DNA from: Malacoraja senta
Lineage: Eukaryota
DNA: 64,000 nt
Direction: 5' to 3'
Assembly: GCA_038087875.1 (NCBI GenBank)
Contig: CM075988.1
Location: 2,046,001-2,110,000, forward strand
In this document: positions 1 through 12,835 of the stretch, piece after piece
Position numbering within the stretch: position 1 is the stretch's first letter
Layout of the letters: every line of letters begins with the position of its first letter
The notes under the pieces: generated by a model
Seen by the model: the letters and a program-made list of their open reading frames with translations, nothing else
Database searches by the model: none
Told to the model about the DNA's origin: nothing
Made by a program: the position numbers and the translations under genes

Positions 1-2600
1 TATTCTTTTGTACACAGAAAATTTTCCCATTCTTTACATAATGGGAAAGCAGTATTTACAGAGTCACAACCTCAGATTCTCAAATGTACTGCTTTTGAGT
101 GCTCTTCCGCCAGACTGCTGTAAGCATGTCCACAGTATGCCCAGACAATCCTCTTTTTAAAACCTGCAAATTAACAGATCCATACAGGCATATAACGGAT
201 CTTACTCTCCAATTATCGGATACACCAGTAAATCCCTTCTTTTGGGAACCTTTATCAGAAACTGTGTCATTAATTCCAATATCAAAGGGAACCATGGCTG
301 CGTAGACCAGTCTGGTACCACCAGTACCCCAGAGGCAGCATCCTGCTTCATTTTAAGCAGACACCGGTTTATGAGACAGAATGATGGAAAATGCATATAA
401 AAACATACCACCCTAATGTAGCGAGAAAGCATCAATCCCTACTGTCTCCCGATGTAGTTCCCATAACACATATCTCTGTAACTGGTGATTGAGTCTGGAT
501 GGAAACAAGTCGTTTCTGGCTTCCCAAATCTGACTATTATATCATTAAAATCTTAAGATTCAACATCCATTCTTTGTTATCATGGAAATTCCCGTAACCT
601 GGTGTCTGCTACTATACTGAATCTACCTGGTAGATAAATAGCTGAAACCAAATATTTGTCAACACACCAAGTCCAGATTTGATTAGCCAATTTGTCACAT
701 GACACCAACTTAATTCCACCCATACGATTAATACATGCCATTGCTGTAGTATTGTAAATTTGAAGCTGAACATGGAGATTAGTTGTATTAACAACAAACT
801 TGGAGCTCATAAGCCTTCCAACAGCTGTAAAACGTCGATTCTCCATGTCTGCAAAAAATAATGCCTCTTCCATATTCCATCTGTCCACAGATGGATACCA
901 TTTCAGTGGCACCAATCCTAGTGCACTGACATCAGTCTGTAAGACCATGGAAGGCTGTTCAATCAGTATATTGCTCAAACTTTTGTGAAATTGGAGTGTT
1001 CTGCTAGGAACATGCTGGATGGCAAATCACTATTTGAATCAATTCGAAACCTTTGAATAATACTCAGAATAATGAATCTGAAGTAATTTGCTTCCAATAT
1101 TTGACTGTTTTTGCCTTAATATGTTCCCGTAAGAACCAGGTCCACCTTCCTCCTTTGTCACCTGAGTGACCTGTGGTCCCTGGCTCCTGGCAGGAAAACC
1201 CACTCTTTTTCGTGTTCCTGCCGCAGGACGCCAACTGCGCCTCTGCTTCAATGGTCGACTTGTTCCTGGTGTAGGCCCAGGATTCTGTATGATGTCTGAA
1301 AGGACACCTCCTCTTCACAGACTTGCCGACCATCGATGTTTTGATCAACCTTGCTGTTTTTGCCTCATCATCCAACTCTTTCCCACGTTTCGTGAGTTTT
1401 TTCTCCGAAGAGTAAGTTGAGTGACTGCACATTGCTGGGCTTTACAGAGTTGCTGCAACTTGGGGTTGATGGTGGGCTGAATGGCATACTTCCTGAAACA
1501 ATTCATCTCAAAGTGGGCGCTACATAGCAACCCTAGTGCCTCTTGATGCATTTCCATCCCTGGCCTCCATCCATTGTTCTTGCAAAAATGCAGTTGTTCC
1601 TCAACCCAGCAGCTTCAATATTCTCTGCAGTTTTATTTCTTAGGCTCACATGCCCTCGCCCATCTGACCCCTTATATCTTGGTTCACTGCTAGTGCTTTC
1701 AGCAATACGCAGTTCCTTGGGGTCTCGTGCTTTTTTGGCATTTTCATCCATCGTAAGCTACTGGAGCTGATGGAAGACAAAATAGTTGATCGTAGAGGCC
1801 ACTTCTTCTCCCAGTGGCTCTCCTGACTCTGACGGGGCAGCAAATCGTACTGCCAGGAGTAGAACATCTGGCAGCTGCCGTCTTCGCTTGTATCGGCCTC
1901 ACCATCAGAGGCAGGGTCAAAACTCTCACAGAGCAGTGAATGGTACTGCCAGAAATAGAACATCTGGCAGCTGCCGTCTTCGCTTGTATCGGAAAACTCT
2001 GCTGACCCTGTGCACGCGCCTCATCAATGAGGGTGCTGTCAAGCAGCCCTTTACTAGGTGCTGCTGACCTGGCTTCTGCAGCCTGGCTCTGACATCACTC
2101 CTCCTGGAGTATGTCTTGTTGGAGCAACCTGTGTACAGGTTCTCCATTTGGAATATCCACTCAGAAAGTGGTATCCAGCCTTGGAGGTGAATCCCAAACT
2201 GACTCTTGCTCCATGGACCTGACTTGCATGTTGGCTAGCGCCCAACTGATGCTGGCTCCATTCTTTTTCTAAAGTCCACAGTCGCCCCGCTCCCACCCAG
2301 CGACTGTTACAGGGGTATGAGGCAGCCCTTCACCAACCGCATTCCCGCGGCTCTCTATCGGCTTTGCGGCTCGCCTCTTGCCCTTGCCCGTTTTGTTCAT
2401 GGTGCCTGTGAAAAAATCGCAACAGACCACCACAGCAAACGGACCTAAAAAACTCCCAAAAAGTGTTTTACTTACCTTGGAGTTGTAAAAACTACATTCC
2501 ACTAGAGGAGCTCACGTCCGTGAGCGCCAATGCGTCTGACGTAAATGACGCGCATGCGCCCTGACGGGTCTTCTTCACGTAGTCACTCATGTGACTCCAA
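1..2600 (-). mobile_element. Degraded DIRS-like (tyrosine-recombinase class) retrotransposon, 5' portion
   Basis: Minus-strand fragments: gag-like (EALGLLCSAHFEMNCFRKYAIQPTINP), RNase H-like (LQTDVSALG; HVQLQIYNTTAMACINRMGG) and the DIRS-type motif GVLVVPDWSTQPWFP; many frameshifts; runs off the left edge. Confidence 0.75.
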
Positions 2601-2605
2601 AGTAA

Positions 2606-5216
2606 CATATGATATAGTTGGAATTACAGAGACATGGCTCCAGGGTGACCAAGGCTGGGAGCTAAACATGCAGGGGTATTCAATATCCAGCAAGGATAGA
2701 CAGAAAGGATGAGGAGGTGGGGTGGCCTTGCTGGTTATAGCGGAGATTAATGCTATAGCAAGGAGATACATCAGCTTGGATGCTGTAGAATCAGTATGAG
2801 TAGAACTGCGAAATAGCCAAGGGCAGAAAACACTTGTTGGAATTGTATACAGAGTACCTAGCAGCAGGAGGGAGGTTGGGGATAGCATCGAGCAGGAAAT
2901 TAGGGATGCGTGTAGCAAAGGTACAGCGGTTATCATGGGTGACTTTAATCTACATATTGATTGGGCCAACCAAATTAGTAACAGTGCTGAGGGGGAGGAT
3001 TTCCTGGAATGTATACGGGATGGGTTTTTAAACCAATATGTAGAGGAACCGACTAGAGGGCAGGCCATCCTAGACTGGGTATTGTGTAATTTGGAAGGAT
3101 TAGTTAGCGAACTTGTTGTGCAAGGCCCCTTGAGCAACTGTAACCATAATATGGTGGACTTCTGCATTAGGATGGAGAGTGACATGGTTAATTCAGAGAC
3201 TGGGGTCCTGAACTTGAATAAAGGAGACTTTGAAGGTATGAGGGGAATTGGCTAGGATAGACTGGCAGATTATACTTAAAGGGTTGACAGTGGAGATGCA
3301 ATGGCAAAGATTTAAAGACCGCATGGATGAACTCCAGAAATTGTTCATCCCTGTCTGGCGAAAAAAATAACTGGGAAGGCGTCTCAAACCGTGGCTGACG
3401 AGGGAAGTCAAGGATAGCGTTAAATCCAAGGAGGAGGCATATAAATTGGCCAGAAGAAGTGGCAAACCAGAGGACTGGGAGAAATTTAGAACTCAACAGA
3501 GGAGGACAAAGGGATTAATTAAGAGGGGGGGGGGGGCGAAAGAGCATTAAAGAAAGCTTGCGGGGAATATAAAAAATGACTGTGAAAATCTCTTTAGGTA
3601 CAGATGAATTTATTATGGGAAACAAGGAAATGGCAGAACAGTTAAATGAGTACTTTGGTTTTGTCTTCACTAAGGAAGACACAAACAATCTCCCAGAAAT
3701 ACTAGGGGACCGAGGATCTAGTGGGAGGGAGGAACTGAAGGGAATCCACATTAGTCAGAAAATGGTGTTGGGTAAACTGTTGGGACTGAAGGCAGATAAA
3801 TGACCAGGGCCTGATGGTCTGCATCCCATAGTACTCAAGGAGGTGGCCCAAGAAATCGTGGATGCATTGGTGATCATTTTTCAATGTTCTCTCGACTTTG
3901 GATCAGTTCCTGTGGACTGGAGGGTAGCCAATGTAACTCCACTTTATAAGAAAGGAGGGAGAGAGAAAACAGGGAATTATAGACCAGTTAGCCTTACATC
4001 AGTAGTGGGGATGATGCTGGAGTCGATTATTAAAGATGCTAGAGCAGTGCATTTGGAAAGCAGTGACAGGATCGGTCAAAATCAGCATGGATTTATGAAG
4101 GGGAAATCATGCTTGACTAATCTTTTGGAATTTTTTGAGGATGTAACAAATAGAATGGATAAGGTAGAGCCAGTGGATGTGGTGTATCTGCATTAAAAAA
4201 AAACGTTGACAAGGTCCCACACAAGAGATTAATGTGCAAAATTAGAGCATGGTATTGGGGTTTAGGGTACTGACATGGATAGAGAACTGGTTGGGAGACA
4301 GGAGGCAAGAGTATGAATTAAAGGAGGATGCTATGAGGCTGCAGGGTGACTAGGAAAGGTTGGGTGAGTGGCAGAAGCATGGCAGATGCAGTATAATGTG
4401 GATAAATGTGAGGTTATCCACTTTGGTGGCAAGAACAGGAGCCTTCCTCAAACTATTATCTGAATGGAGCAGATTAGGAAAATGGGAGGTGCAATGAGAC
4501 CTGGGTGTCCTTGTACATCAGTCACTGAAAGTAAGCATGCAGGTACAACAGGCAGTGAAGAAAGCTAATGGTATGTTGGCCTTCATTGCGAGAGGATTTG
4601 CGTTTAGGAGCAATGCGGTCCTACTGCAGTTGTACAGGGCCCTGGTGAGACCGCACCTGGAGTATTGTGTGCAATTGTGATCTCCTAATTTGAGGAAGGA
4701 CGTTATTGCTGTTGAGGGAGTGCAGCGTAGGTTCACCAGGTTAATTCCCGAGATTGCGGACTGTCATATGCTGAAAGAATGGGAGAACAGGGCTTGTATT
4801 AGCTGGAATTTAGAAGGATGAGAGGGAATCTTACAGAAACATATAAAATTCTTAGAGGATTGGACAGGGTAGATGTAAGAAAAATGTTCACGATGTTAGG
4901 GGAGTCCAGAACCAAGGGTCACAGTTTAAGAATAAGGGGTAGGCCATTTAGGACTGAGATGATGAAAGGCTTTTTCATCCAGAGAGTTGTCAATCTGTGG
5001 AATTCTCTGCCACAGAAGGCAGTGGTGGCCAATTTACTGGATGTTTTCAAGAGAGAGTTAGATTTAGCTCTTAGGGCTAAGGGAATCAAGCGATATGGGG
5101 AAAAAGCCGGAACGGGTTACTGATTTTGGATGATCAGCCATGATCATATTGAATGGCAGTGCTGGTTCGAAGGGCCGAATGGCCAACACCTGCACATATT
5201 TTCTATGTTTCTATGA
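2606..5216 (+). mobile_element. CR1 LINE, decayed ORF2 (APE endonuclease + RT) with 3' tail
   Basis: YDIVGITETWLQGDQ, MGDFN, NYRPVSLTSVVG, QHGF motifs; stops and internal deletions; ends in TTCTATGTTTCTATG. Confidence 0.93.
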
Positions 5217-5283
5217 AAAAAGACCTAGTCTATCCAGCCTATCCTTATAACTCAAACCTACCAGCTTGGTAACATCTTTGTAA

Positions 5284-7078
5284 AGGAAGGAACTGCTGAT
5301 GCTGGTTTTGCACCAAAAACAGACACAAAAAGCTGGGACTACTCATTGGGTCAGGCAGCAGCTCTGGAGAAAAGGAATAGGTGATGATTCGGGTTGAGAC
5401 CCGTCTTCAGACTGAGAGTTAGGGAAGAGGGACCCGAGAGATATGAAAAGGTACATAGAACAAATTAATGAATGATATGCAAAATGGGAGTTGCGGAGAG
5501 AACAGTCTCAGCGGAAAGCTGATAGGGGTGGAGATGAGAAGATGTACTAGTAGGATCCTGTTGGAGGTGGCAAAAATGTCGGAGGGTTATGTGCTAAATG
5601 CAACTGCTAATGGGGTGAAAAGTGAGGACTCGGGGGACACTGTCCTTGTTGTGAGTGCGGGGAGGGGGAGCAAGGGCGGGGTACTCAGGAGACACGAGTG
5701 GGGGATTCATCTATGGTTGAAGAGGGGAACTCAGATGTCGTGGTATGGAACACCTCACCTTGGGCGCAGCTACGGAATAGACGGAGGAATTGGGAGTAGG
5801 GGATAGAGTCTTTGAAGGAAGCAGGGTGGGAAGAAGTATAGTCGAGATAGTTGTGGGAGTCAGTAGATTTATAACAAACATCAGGCAATAGTTTATCTAC
5901 TGTGATGGAGATGTTGAGAATAAGAAAGGGGAGGTAGGTGCTGGACATGGTCCAAGTAAATTTGAGTGCAGGATGGAAATTGGTAGTGAGGTTAAAGAAA
6001 TTCATGAGTTCTGCATGGGTGCAGGAGGTAGCACCGATGCATCTGCATCCAACATGAGGTGTTCCTTACCAGGACATCCGAGATGTCCTCATTCTTTAGG
6101 GAACAGGGGTTTCCCTCTCCCATCATAGATGAGGTCCTCACTCATGTCTCCTCGGTATCTCGCAGCTCTGCCATTGCTCCCCCTTCCCCTAGTTGCAACA
6201 ACGACAGAGTCCCCTAGTCCTTCCCTTTCACCCCATAAGCCATCGCATACAACACATAATCCTCCAACATTTTTGGCACCTCCAACGGGATCCCACCACT
6301 AGCCACATTTTCCCATCTCCCCCCCTTTCCGCCTTCCGCAGAGACCGTTCCCTCCACAACTCCCTGGTTAACATCTCTTCCCACCCAAACCACCCCCTCC
6401 CCAGGTACCTTCCCTGCAACTGCAGATGCCACACCTGTCCCTATACCTCCTCGCTCGACTGTCCAGTTTAGGCAGAGATTCACTTGCACCTCCTCCAACT
6501 TCATCAACTGTATCCGTTGTTCAAGATGTGGACTACATCGGCGAGACCAAAGATTGACTGGGCGATCGTTTCGCTGAACACCTTCGCTCAGCCCGCGTGA
6601 ACCCTACCTGATTTCCCTGTTGCTAAACGCTTTAATTCTCCTTCCCATTCCCACACTGACCTTTGTGTCCTAAGTCTCCACCATTATCAGAGTGAGGCTG
6701 AATGCAAATTAGAGGAACAGCATCTCATATTTCGCTTGTGCAGCTTACAGCCCAGTGGTATGAATATTGATTTCTCTCACATCAGGTAGCCCCGGCACTT
6801 CCTCTCTCTCTATCCCTCCCTCACCCAAGTTGCACGAGCTTCTCGTTTTCACCCAACAAACAGCTAACAATGGCCTATTTCCTTTATCATTGTTACTTTT
6901 TTTGCATATCTTTCATTCATTGTTCTTTATCTCTCTACATCATCGTCTATATCTCTTCTTTCCCTTTCCCATGACTTTCAGTCTGAAGAAGGGTCTCGAC
7001 CTGAAACGTCACCCATTCCTTCTCTCCAGAGATGCTGCCTGTCCCGCTGAGTTACTCCAGCGTTTTGAGTCGATCTTT
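5284..7078. mobile_element. Penelope-like element with inverted 5' part
   Basis: Minus RT C-terminal region (NFHPALKFTW..YLDYTSSHP..SIPYSQFLRL, 5685-6005); plus-strand linker and GIY-YIG remnant (FTCTSSN..CIRCSRCG..IGETK..RFAEH); oppositely oriented pLTR-like ends at ~5284-5480 and ~6900-7078. Confidence 0.85.
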
Positions 7079-7560
7079 AGTTTAGTTTAGTTTAAGTTAG
7101 TTTAGTTTAATTTATTGTCACGTGTACCGAGGTACAGAGAAAAGCTTTTGTTATGTGCTTTCCAGTCAGTGGAAAGACAATACATGATTACAATTAAGGG
7201 CCTGTTCCACTTGGCGATCTTTTCGGCGAATGTCGGCATCATATCAGTGTCGCCAAAAGATTTTGAACATTTCAAAATCCAGCGGTGACAAAAAAAATGT
7301 TGCGACACTTGAAATAAAAAGCGCGTCAATACTGCATTTTCCGGTGACCTGATACATCAGTCAATGATGCTGGCAGTCGCCAATAAAAAGGCCAAGTGGG
7401 ACAAGCCCTTAAAAATATCTACAGTGTATAGATACAGTACATGATAAGGGAATAAGGCTTAGTGCAAGGGAAAGCCAGCAAAGAACAATCAAGGATAGTC
7501 CGAGGTCACCAATGAGGTAGATAATAGTTCAGCATTGCTCTATGGTTGTAGTAGGTTGAT
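7079..7560 (-). mobile_element. LINE 3' tail fragment (Rex1/Babar-like) with (TTTAG)n end
   Basis: TTTATTGTCAC..GTACAG..AAAAGCTTT tail resembles the tail at ~24390; microsatellite end. Confidence 0.5.
7198..7408. mobile_element. MITE with ~18-bp TIRs and TTAA flanks (Kolobok- or Harbinger-like)
   Basis: TTAA|GGGCCTGTTCCACTTGGC...GCCAAGTGGGACAAGCCC|TTAA. Confidence 0.8.
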
Positions 7561-8368
7561 TCTTTTTTTTTCCACTTAAATTATTATTGATTTTTCACAG
7601 AGATATATACAAAACAGTGCAACACCATCACCATAAATAAAACAAAATAAGAAAAACAACAATCAAAATAAAAAAATTAATAGATAGGGAAAAAAAAAAT
7701 GTAAATAAATAAAAAATTGGAATAAGACCGTGTGGTTCACTTACCAAAAAAAAAAAAAAAATGTTACATTGATTAGTTATCTGGAAATATTTCAATATTC
7801 ACACAAACATACCATCTAGTTCTATATAACAGAATCTTCCCATATCTAGCTCGGCATTTATCTAGTTGGTGTCATGGCGCAAATAAGCGGTCCATTTTCC
7901 CCAGATCTTCTCAAATGAATTCTTCTTGACTCTCAAGGAATATGTCAGTTTCCCCATAGTAAAGATGTCTTGCACAATTTCTAACCACTGTTCCTGTTTT
8001 GGACTTTTTTTCATTAAGCCACTGCCTGGTAATGGCCTTCTTACTTGCTACAAGCAACATTTTAATCAAATAGGAATCTTCTATCTTTACAATATCTTTA
8101 ATACGCCCCAGATACATCACAGGGCGGGTATTTGGGATTTTATAACCCAAGATATTTTTAACAACTGCGTTAACATTTTCCCAGTATGGCCTTATCTTTA
8201 CACAGTTCCAGAAAATATGCGAGTGGTCTGCACAACCTCCAACAGTGTTGTTGTACAGCAAGTTGTCTACTTTTTATTTTGGGTGTTATAAAAAAGCGAG
8301 ATAGATTCTTCCAGCAAAATTCTCTCCATACTAGTGAGCTTATGGATGAACATTGTGTTTCACACATT

Positions 8369-10385
8369 CATTTTTTATTTTTATTTTTTATTTAATTCTT
8401 TATTTTGAACAGAATAAAAGAATAAAAAGCAAGTGTGAAAGCATACAAAAAAACAAAACAAGAATATTTATAAAGTGTCATAAACAATATCTATAAATAA
8501 ATGAAATCGTATGTGTCTGAAAAGGAGCAGGAAGAAGCCAAAGCTTATTAATTCCCACCCCTTATTCAACTGCTTATAATTATCTTATGCAAATTTAGCA
8601 GCTATATGTACACCATATGTACACCAGCAGCTATATGTACCCCAAATTATTTACATTTATACACTAATCAAATATTTACAAAGCCACACAAAAAAAGAGA
8701 GAAAAAAAGAAAAAAGAAAAGAAAAAACCCTCATATACTATATCATTATCTCTTAGTCATATATACAACCCATCACCCTATAATCACCCTTCCCAATACA
8801 ATCAGTATAACAAATATCCCACTCACAATCACCTATCCCAATATCCTTTAAAAAAAAGTGTTTTTGTACATCTTCTTAAACTGAATTATGTTTGTGCTAA
8901 GTTGTATCTCCTGTTCCAGACCATTCCACAAATTCACCCCACAGATTGCTATGCACATACTTTTAAGAGTTGTTCTGACATTGAGTTTTTCTAAATTATG
9001 TTCCCCTCTCAAATTATACCCACCTTGTCTTTCCATAAACAGTTTTTGTATATTTCTTGGAAGTAAATTATTTCTTGCTTTGTACATGATTTGTGCAGTC
9101 TTAAATTTAACCAGATCGGTGAACTTCAGTGTATGTGACCTTAAGAATAATAAATTGGTATGTTCAAGATATCCAACGTTATTGATAATTCTTATTGCTC
9201 TTTTTTGTAATGTGCATAACGGCTGTAGGTTGGTTTTGTAGGCGTTACCCCATATCTCCACACAGTAACTCAGATATGGCAATATGAGTGTATTATACAG
9301 AGTATGTAATGATTTGTGGTCCAGAATGTGTCTTGATGTTCCCAATATTGCAATAGACTTTGCCAGTTTTGCTTTGATGTGGTTTATATGTGGTTTCCAG
9401 CAGATTTTGTGGTCTAAGATCACACCAAGAAATTTATATTCATATACTCTTTCTATATTTATGTTATCTATTTTCAATTGTACTTGAGGGTTTGTTTTAT
9501 GTTTTCCAAATAGCATCATCTTTGTTTTGCTTAAATTTAAAGACAATTTGTTGACATCAAACCACTGTTTTAATTTATTCATTTCTGATGTGATGACCTC
9601 CAAAAGCTGCTTCAAATTGTCACCGAAACAAAAAATATTCGTATCATCGGCAAATATAATCAATTTCAGTATATTTGATACTTTGCATATGTCGTTAATG
9701 TACATTATGAAAAGCTTTGGACCTAACACAGACCCTTGAGGTACTCCACAAGTTATGTTCATGTAAGTTGATTTATGTTCACCTATTTCTACAAATTGTT
9801 GCCTGTTTCTTAAATAGCTTCTCGCCCAATCCAATCCAACCCCTCTAAGGGACAGAAGTTTAGGGGTAACATGAGGGGGAACTTCTTTACTCAGAGAGTG
9901 GTGGCTGTGTGGAATGAGCTTGCAGTGAAGGTGGTGGAGGCAGGTTCGTTTTTATCATTTAAAAATAAATTGGATAGTTATATGGACGGGAAAGGAATGG
10001 AGGGTTATGGTCTGAGCGCAGGTATATGGGACTAGGGGAGAATACGTGTTCGGCACGGACTAGAAGGGTCGAGATGGCCTGTTTCCGTGCTGTAATTGTT
10101 ATATGGTTATATGGTTATATGCCAGACCTATCCAGTTTCATGAGTAAAATGTCGTGATTTACGGTATCAAATGCTTTTTTAAAGTCTATGAATATTCCCA
10201 CTGCAAGTTTTTTATTATCTATGCAATTTGTGATTTCCTCAATTAGTTCCATTAGTGCCATAGATGTTGATCTGTCTGTCCATATTGACTGTCGATCAAA
10301 AGCTTATGTTTTTCAATGAAATTGTCAAGTCTTTCTGTAAAAAGTTTTTCAAGGATCTTGGAGAATTGGGAGAGTAAAGAAACAT
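8369..10385 (-). mobile_element. L2/Crack-like LINE RT fragment with A-rich 3' UTR
   Basis: VSLLSQFSKILEK, GVPQGSVLGPKLF, FADDT, LNLSKTK, YCVEIWG; 328-aa ORF 8848-9834. Confidence 0.8.
9848..10120 (+). mobile_element. CR1 3' fragment nested in the L2/Crack-like element
   Basis: GNFFTQRVVAVWNEL; (ATGGTTAT)n tail; same subfamily as 54206-56203. Confidence 0.88.
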
Positions 10386-11543
10386 TTTGATACCATTCTT
10401 CTTCTGTTATTTGAATCTTTAATTCTGCTTCTTTTGTTTTTATGTAGAGCGTTGATTCTCCCCCGCTTCCCACCAGAGCTTGGTAGAAAGCAGAGATGAC
10501 CCGGGATCCCTTCTGTTTGTATGCATCCACAATCACCTTGATCACATTATTTGAAGTTTCATCTAGTTCTGGCCTTATCTCTTTTGTAAAGTAGTCTCTT
10601 AATTGCAAGTATCTAAAAAAATCTTTGTTTTCGAGACCGTACTTTGACTTTAAATCCTGGAAGCTCATAAACTCGCCATTTTCTGAAACTGTATACATTG
10701 CCGTTATGCCTTTTTGTGCCCATTCTTTGAATCTTGAATCATACACCCCTGGCTTAAACTTTGAGTCATATGCGAACCACTTCAATGTGTGAACCCCTCT
10801 TTTTAATTTGTATTTTTCCACTATAACATTCCATATTTCTAATGTAAATGCTACAATTGGATCCATAGCATGTCTCAAAGCCCCTCAGATATTTGTCTCC
10901 CACCAAAATCTGGGTCTGGTAACCCTGTATCTCCCTTTCCATTTCCTTCCATCGAGACTCATAATCAGGTCTACACCAACAAGCCAGAGGTCTGAGTTGA
11001 GCTGCATAAAAGTATTTCCTCAGATCTGGTAAAGCCATTCCACCCGTGCTTTTCGGCAGTTGAAGTGTTGTTAGTTTTATTCTTGTTTTTTTGCTATTCC
11101 AAATGAATCTAGAGATCATCTTATCCCAGGCTATGAATTTGTCTCGGGGAACATTAATTGGGAGAGATTGGAATAAATATAGTAGTTTAGGTAGGATATT
11201 CATTTTTACCGTTTGTATTCTGGCACTGAAGTCTAGAGGAAGGGTAGACCACCTTTCAACATCCTTTTTGATGTTTTCTTCAATTTTGTTATAATTAGTT
11301 TCAAACATGTTGGAAAGTGTTTTGGTTATAGTTGCACCAAGATACTGCATTGTTTTAGAATTCCATTTCAGATTATATGCATCTCTGATTTGTTGGGATG
11401 GAGAATCATTGAATGAAATAATTTGTGTTTTTGTTATATTCAGTTTATACCCCAAGTAGTATCCATATGTTTCAAATAGGCTCATTAGATTTGGGAGACA
11501 TATATCTGGTCGTTCAAGAAAAATAATGACATCATCAGCGAAT

Positions 11544-12305
11544 TTGTCCCCTATCCTCACTGATTGGGGTCGGTTGGTCAGGAAGTCGAGGATCCAGTTG
11601 TAAAGATGAGTGCTGATACCAAGTACTGCTAGTTTGGTGATAAATTTGGATGGTACAATGGTGTTAAAGGCGGAGCTGTAGTCTATGAATAGGAGTCTGA
11701 CGTAAGTGTCTCTCTTATCCAGGTGGTTCAGGGATGAGTGTAGGGCCAGGGCGATGGCATCGTCTGTGGACCTGTTGTGGTGGTTGGTGAACTGCAATGG
11801 GTCAAGGCCGCTGGATGGACTGGATTTAATACGTTCCATAACTAGCCTTGTAAAACATTTCACAATGGTGGATGTCAAGGCCACTGGGCAGTAGTTGTTT
11901 AGGCGTGAGGTCTTGCTTTTCTTCGGCACCGGGATGATAGTGACCTTCTTGAAGCAGGAGGGTACCTCAGAACCGAGTAGGGAGATTAAAGATGTCCGTG
12001 AATACTCCCCCTAGCTGCTAAGGACACGGCCAGGAACTACGTCTGGGCCAGTTGTTTTCCATGGGTTTACCCTCAGGAAGGCCGATCTAACATCTGCAAC
12101 AGTCACCCTGGAATGAGGCACACTGGAGTGTGAAGGGCCAGGTGTCACCACCCTGTTAGCCTTCTTCTCAAAGTGAGCATAGAAGGGCATAGAAAAGCAT
12201 TCAGTTAATTAGCTAGGGTTGCACTATCACCAGTGAAGTTGCCTGACCTTGCTCTGCAGCCTGTTATTTATTTCAGAACTTGCCACATTCTCCATGTGTC
12301 TGAGT
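11544..12305 (-). mobile_element. Rex1/Babar-like LINE RT fragment
   Basis: NNYCPVALTSTIVKCF, LDPLQF, RSTDDAI, YVRLLFIDYSSAFNTIVP, WILDFLTNRPQSVRIG. Confidence 0.85.
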
Positions 12306-12617
12306 GATTATACTGGGAATCAAGTTCAGGGATAGGGTCAGTGTATGCCTGGAACAGGGATTGTTCAACGTACCCTACAAAGAGGCAGACATATCTGGGG
12401 CCCATGCGAGCGCCCATGGCTACGCCTTTGATTTGGAGGAAGTGGAAGCAGTTGAAGTAAAGCTGTTAAGGGTGAGGACCAGCTCCGCAAGGCGGAGGAG
12501 ATTGTTAATAGAGTGAAATTGGCTGGTTCTGCAGTCGAGGTAGAAACCAGGAGCTTAAAGTCCTCCTGGTGGGGGATGGAAGTGTAGAAAGGTCCATTGT
12601 ATGCCCCACCTTTCCTT
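12306..12617 (-). mobile_element. Penelope RT fragment
   Basis: Minus translation LQIKGVAMGARMGPRYVCLFVGYVEQSL. Confidence 0.8.
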
Positions 12618-12619
12618 GA

Positions 12620-12835
12620 TAGAAGCACAGAAACATGGAAAAATAGGTGCAGGCGTAGGCCATTCAGTCCTTTCAACCAGCACCGCCATTCAATATGATC
12701 ATGGCTGATCAACTAAAATCAGTACCCCGTTCCTGCTTTTTGCCCATATCCCTTAATTCCATTAGCCCTAAGAGCTAAATCTAACTCTCTCTTGAAAACA
12801 TCCAATTAATTGGCTTCTACTTCCTTCTGTAGCAG
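12620..12835 (-). mobile_element. CR1 3' tail fragment
   Basis: Reverse complement of the CR1 3' UTR seen at ~5020-5216. Confidence 0.85.

Larger units (their letters stand above)
7563..11543 (-). mobile_element. L1/Tx1-like LINE, 5'-truncated, split by a nested L2/Crack-like insertion
   Basis: FADDVIIFLE, KMNILPKLLYLFQSLP, GGMALPD (11543-10386); C-terminal CWRLC..HIFWNC region (8367-7911); T-rich poly(A) end near 7563. Confidence 0.85.

Noticed and set aside
295..335. TCTGGTACCA looked like the WYQN codons of BARX2 exon 3
   Set aside because: The context translates as the DIRS motif GVLVVPDWST, with no NRRMKWKK or splice sites
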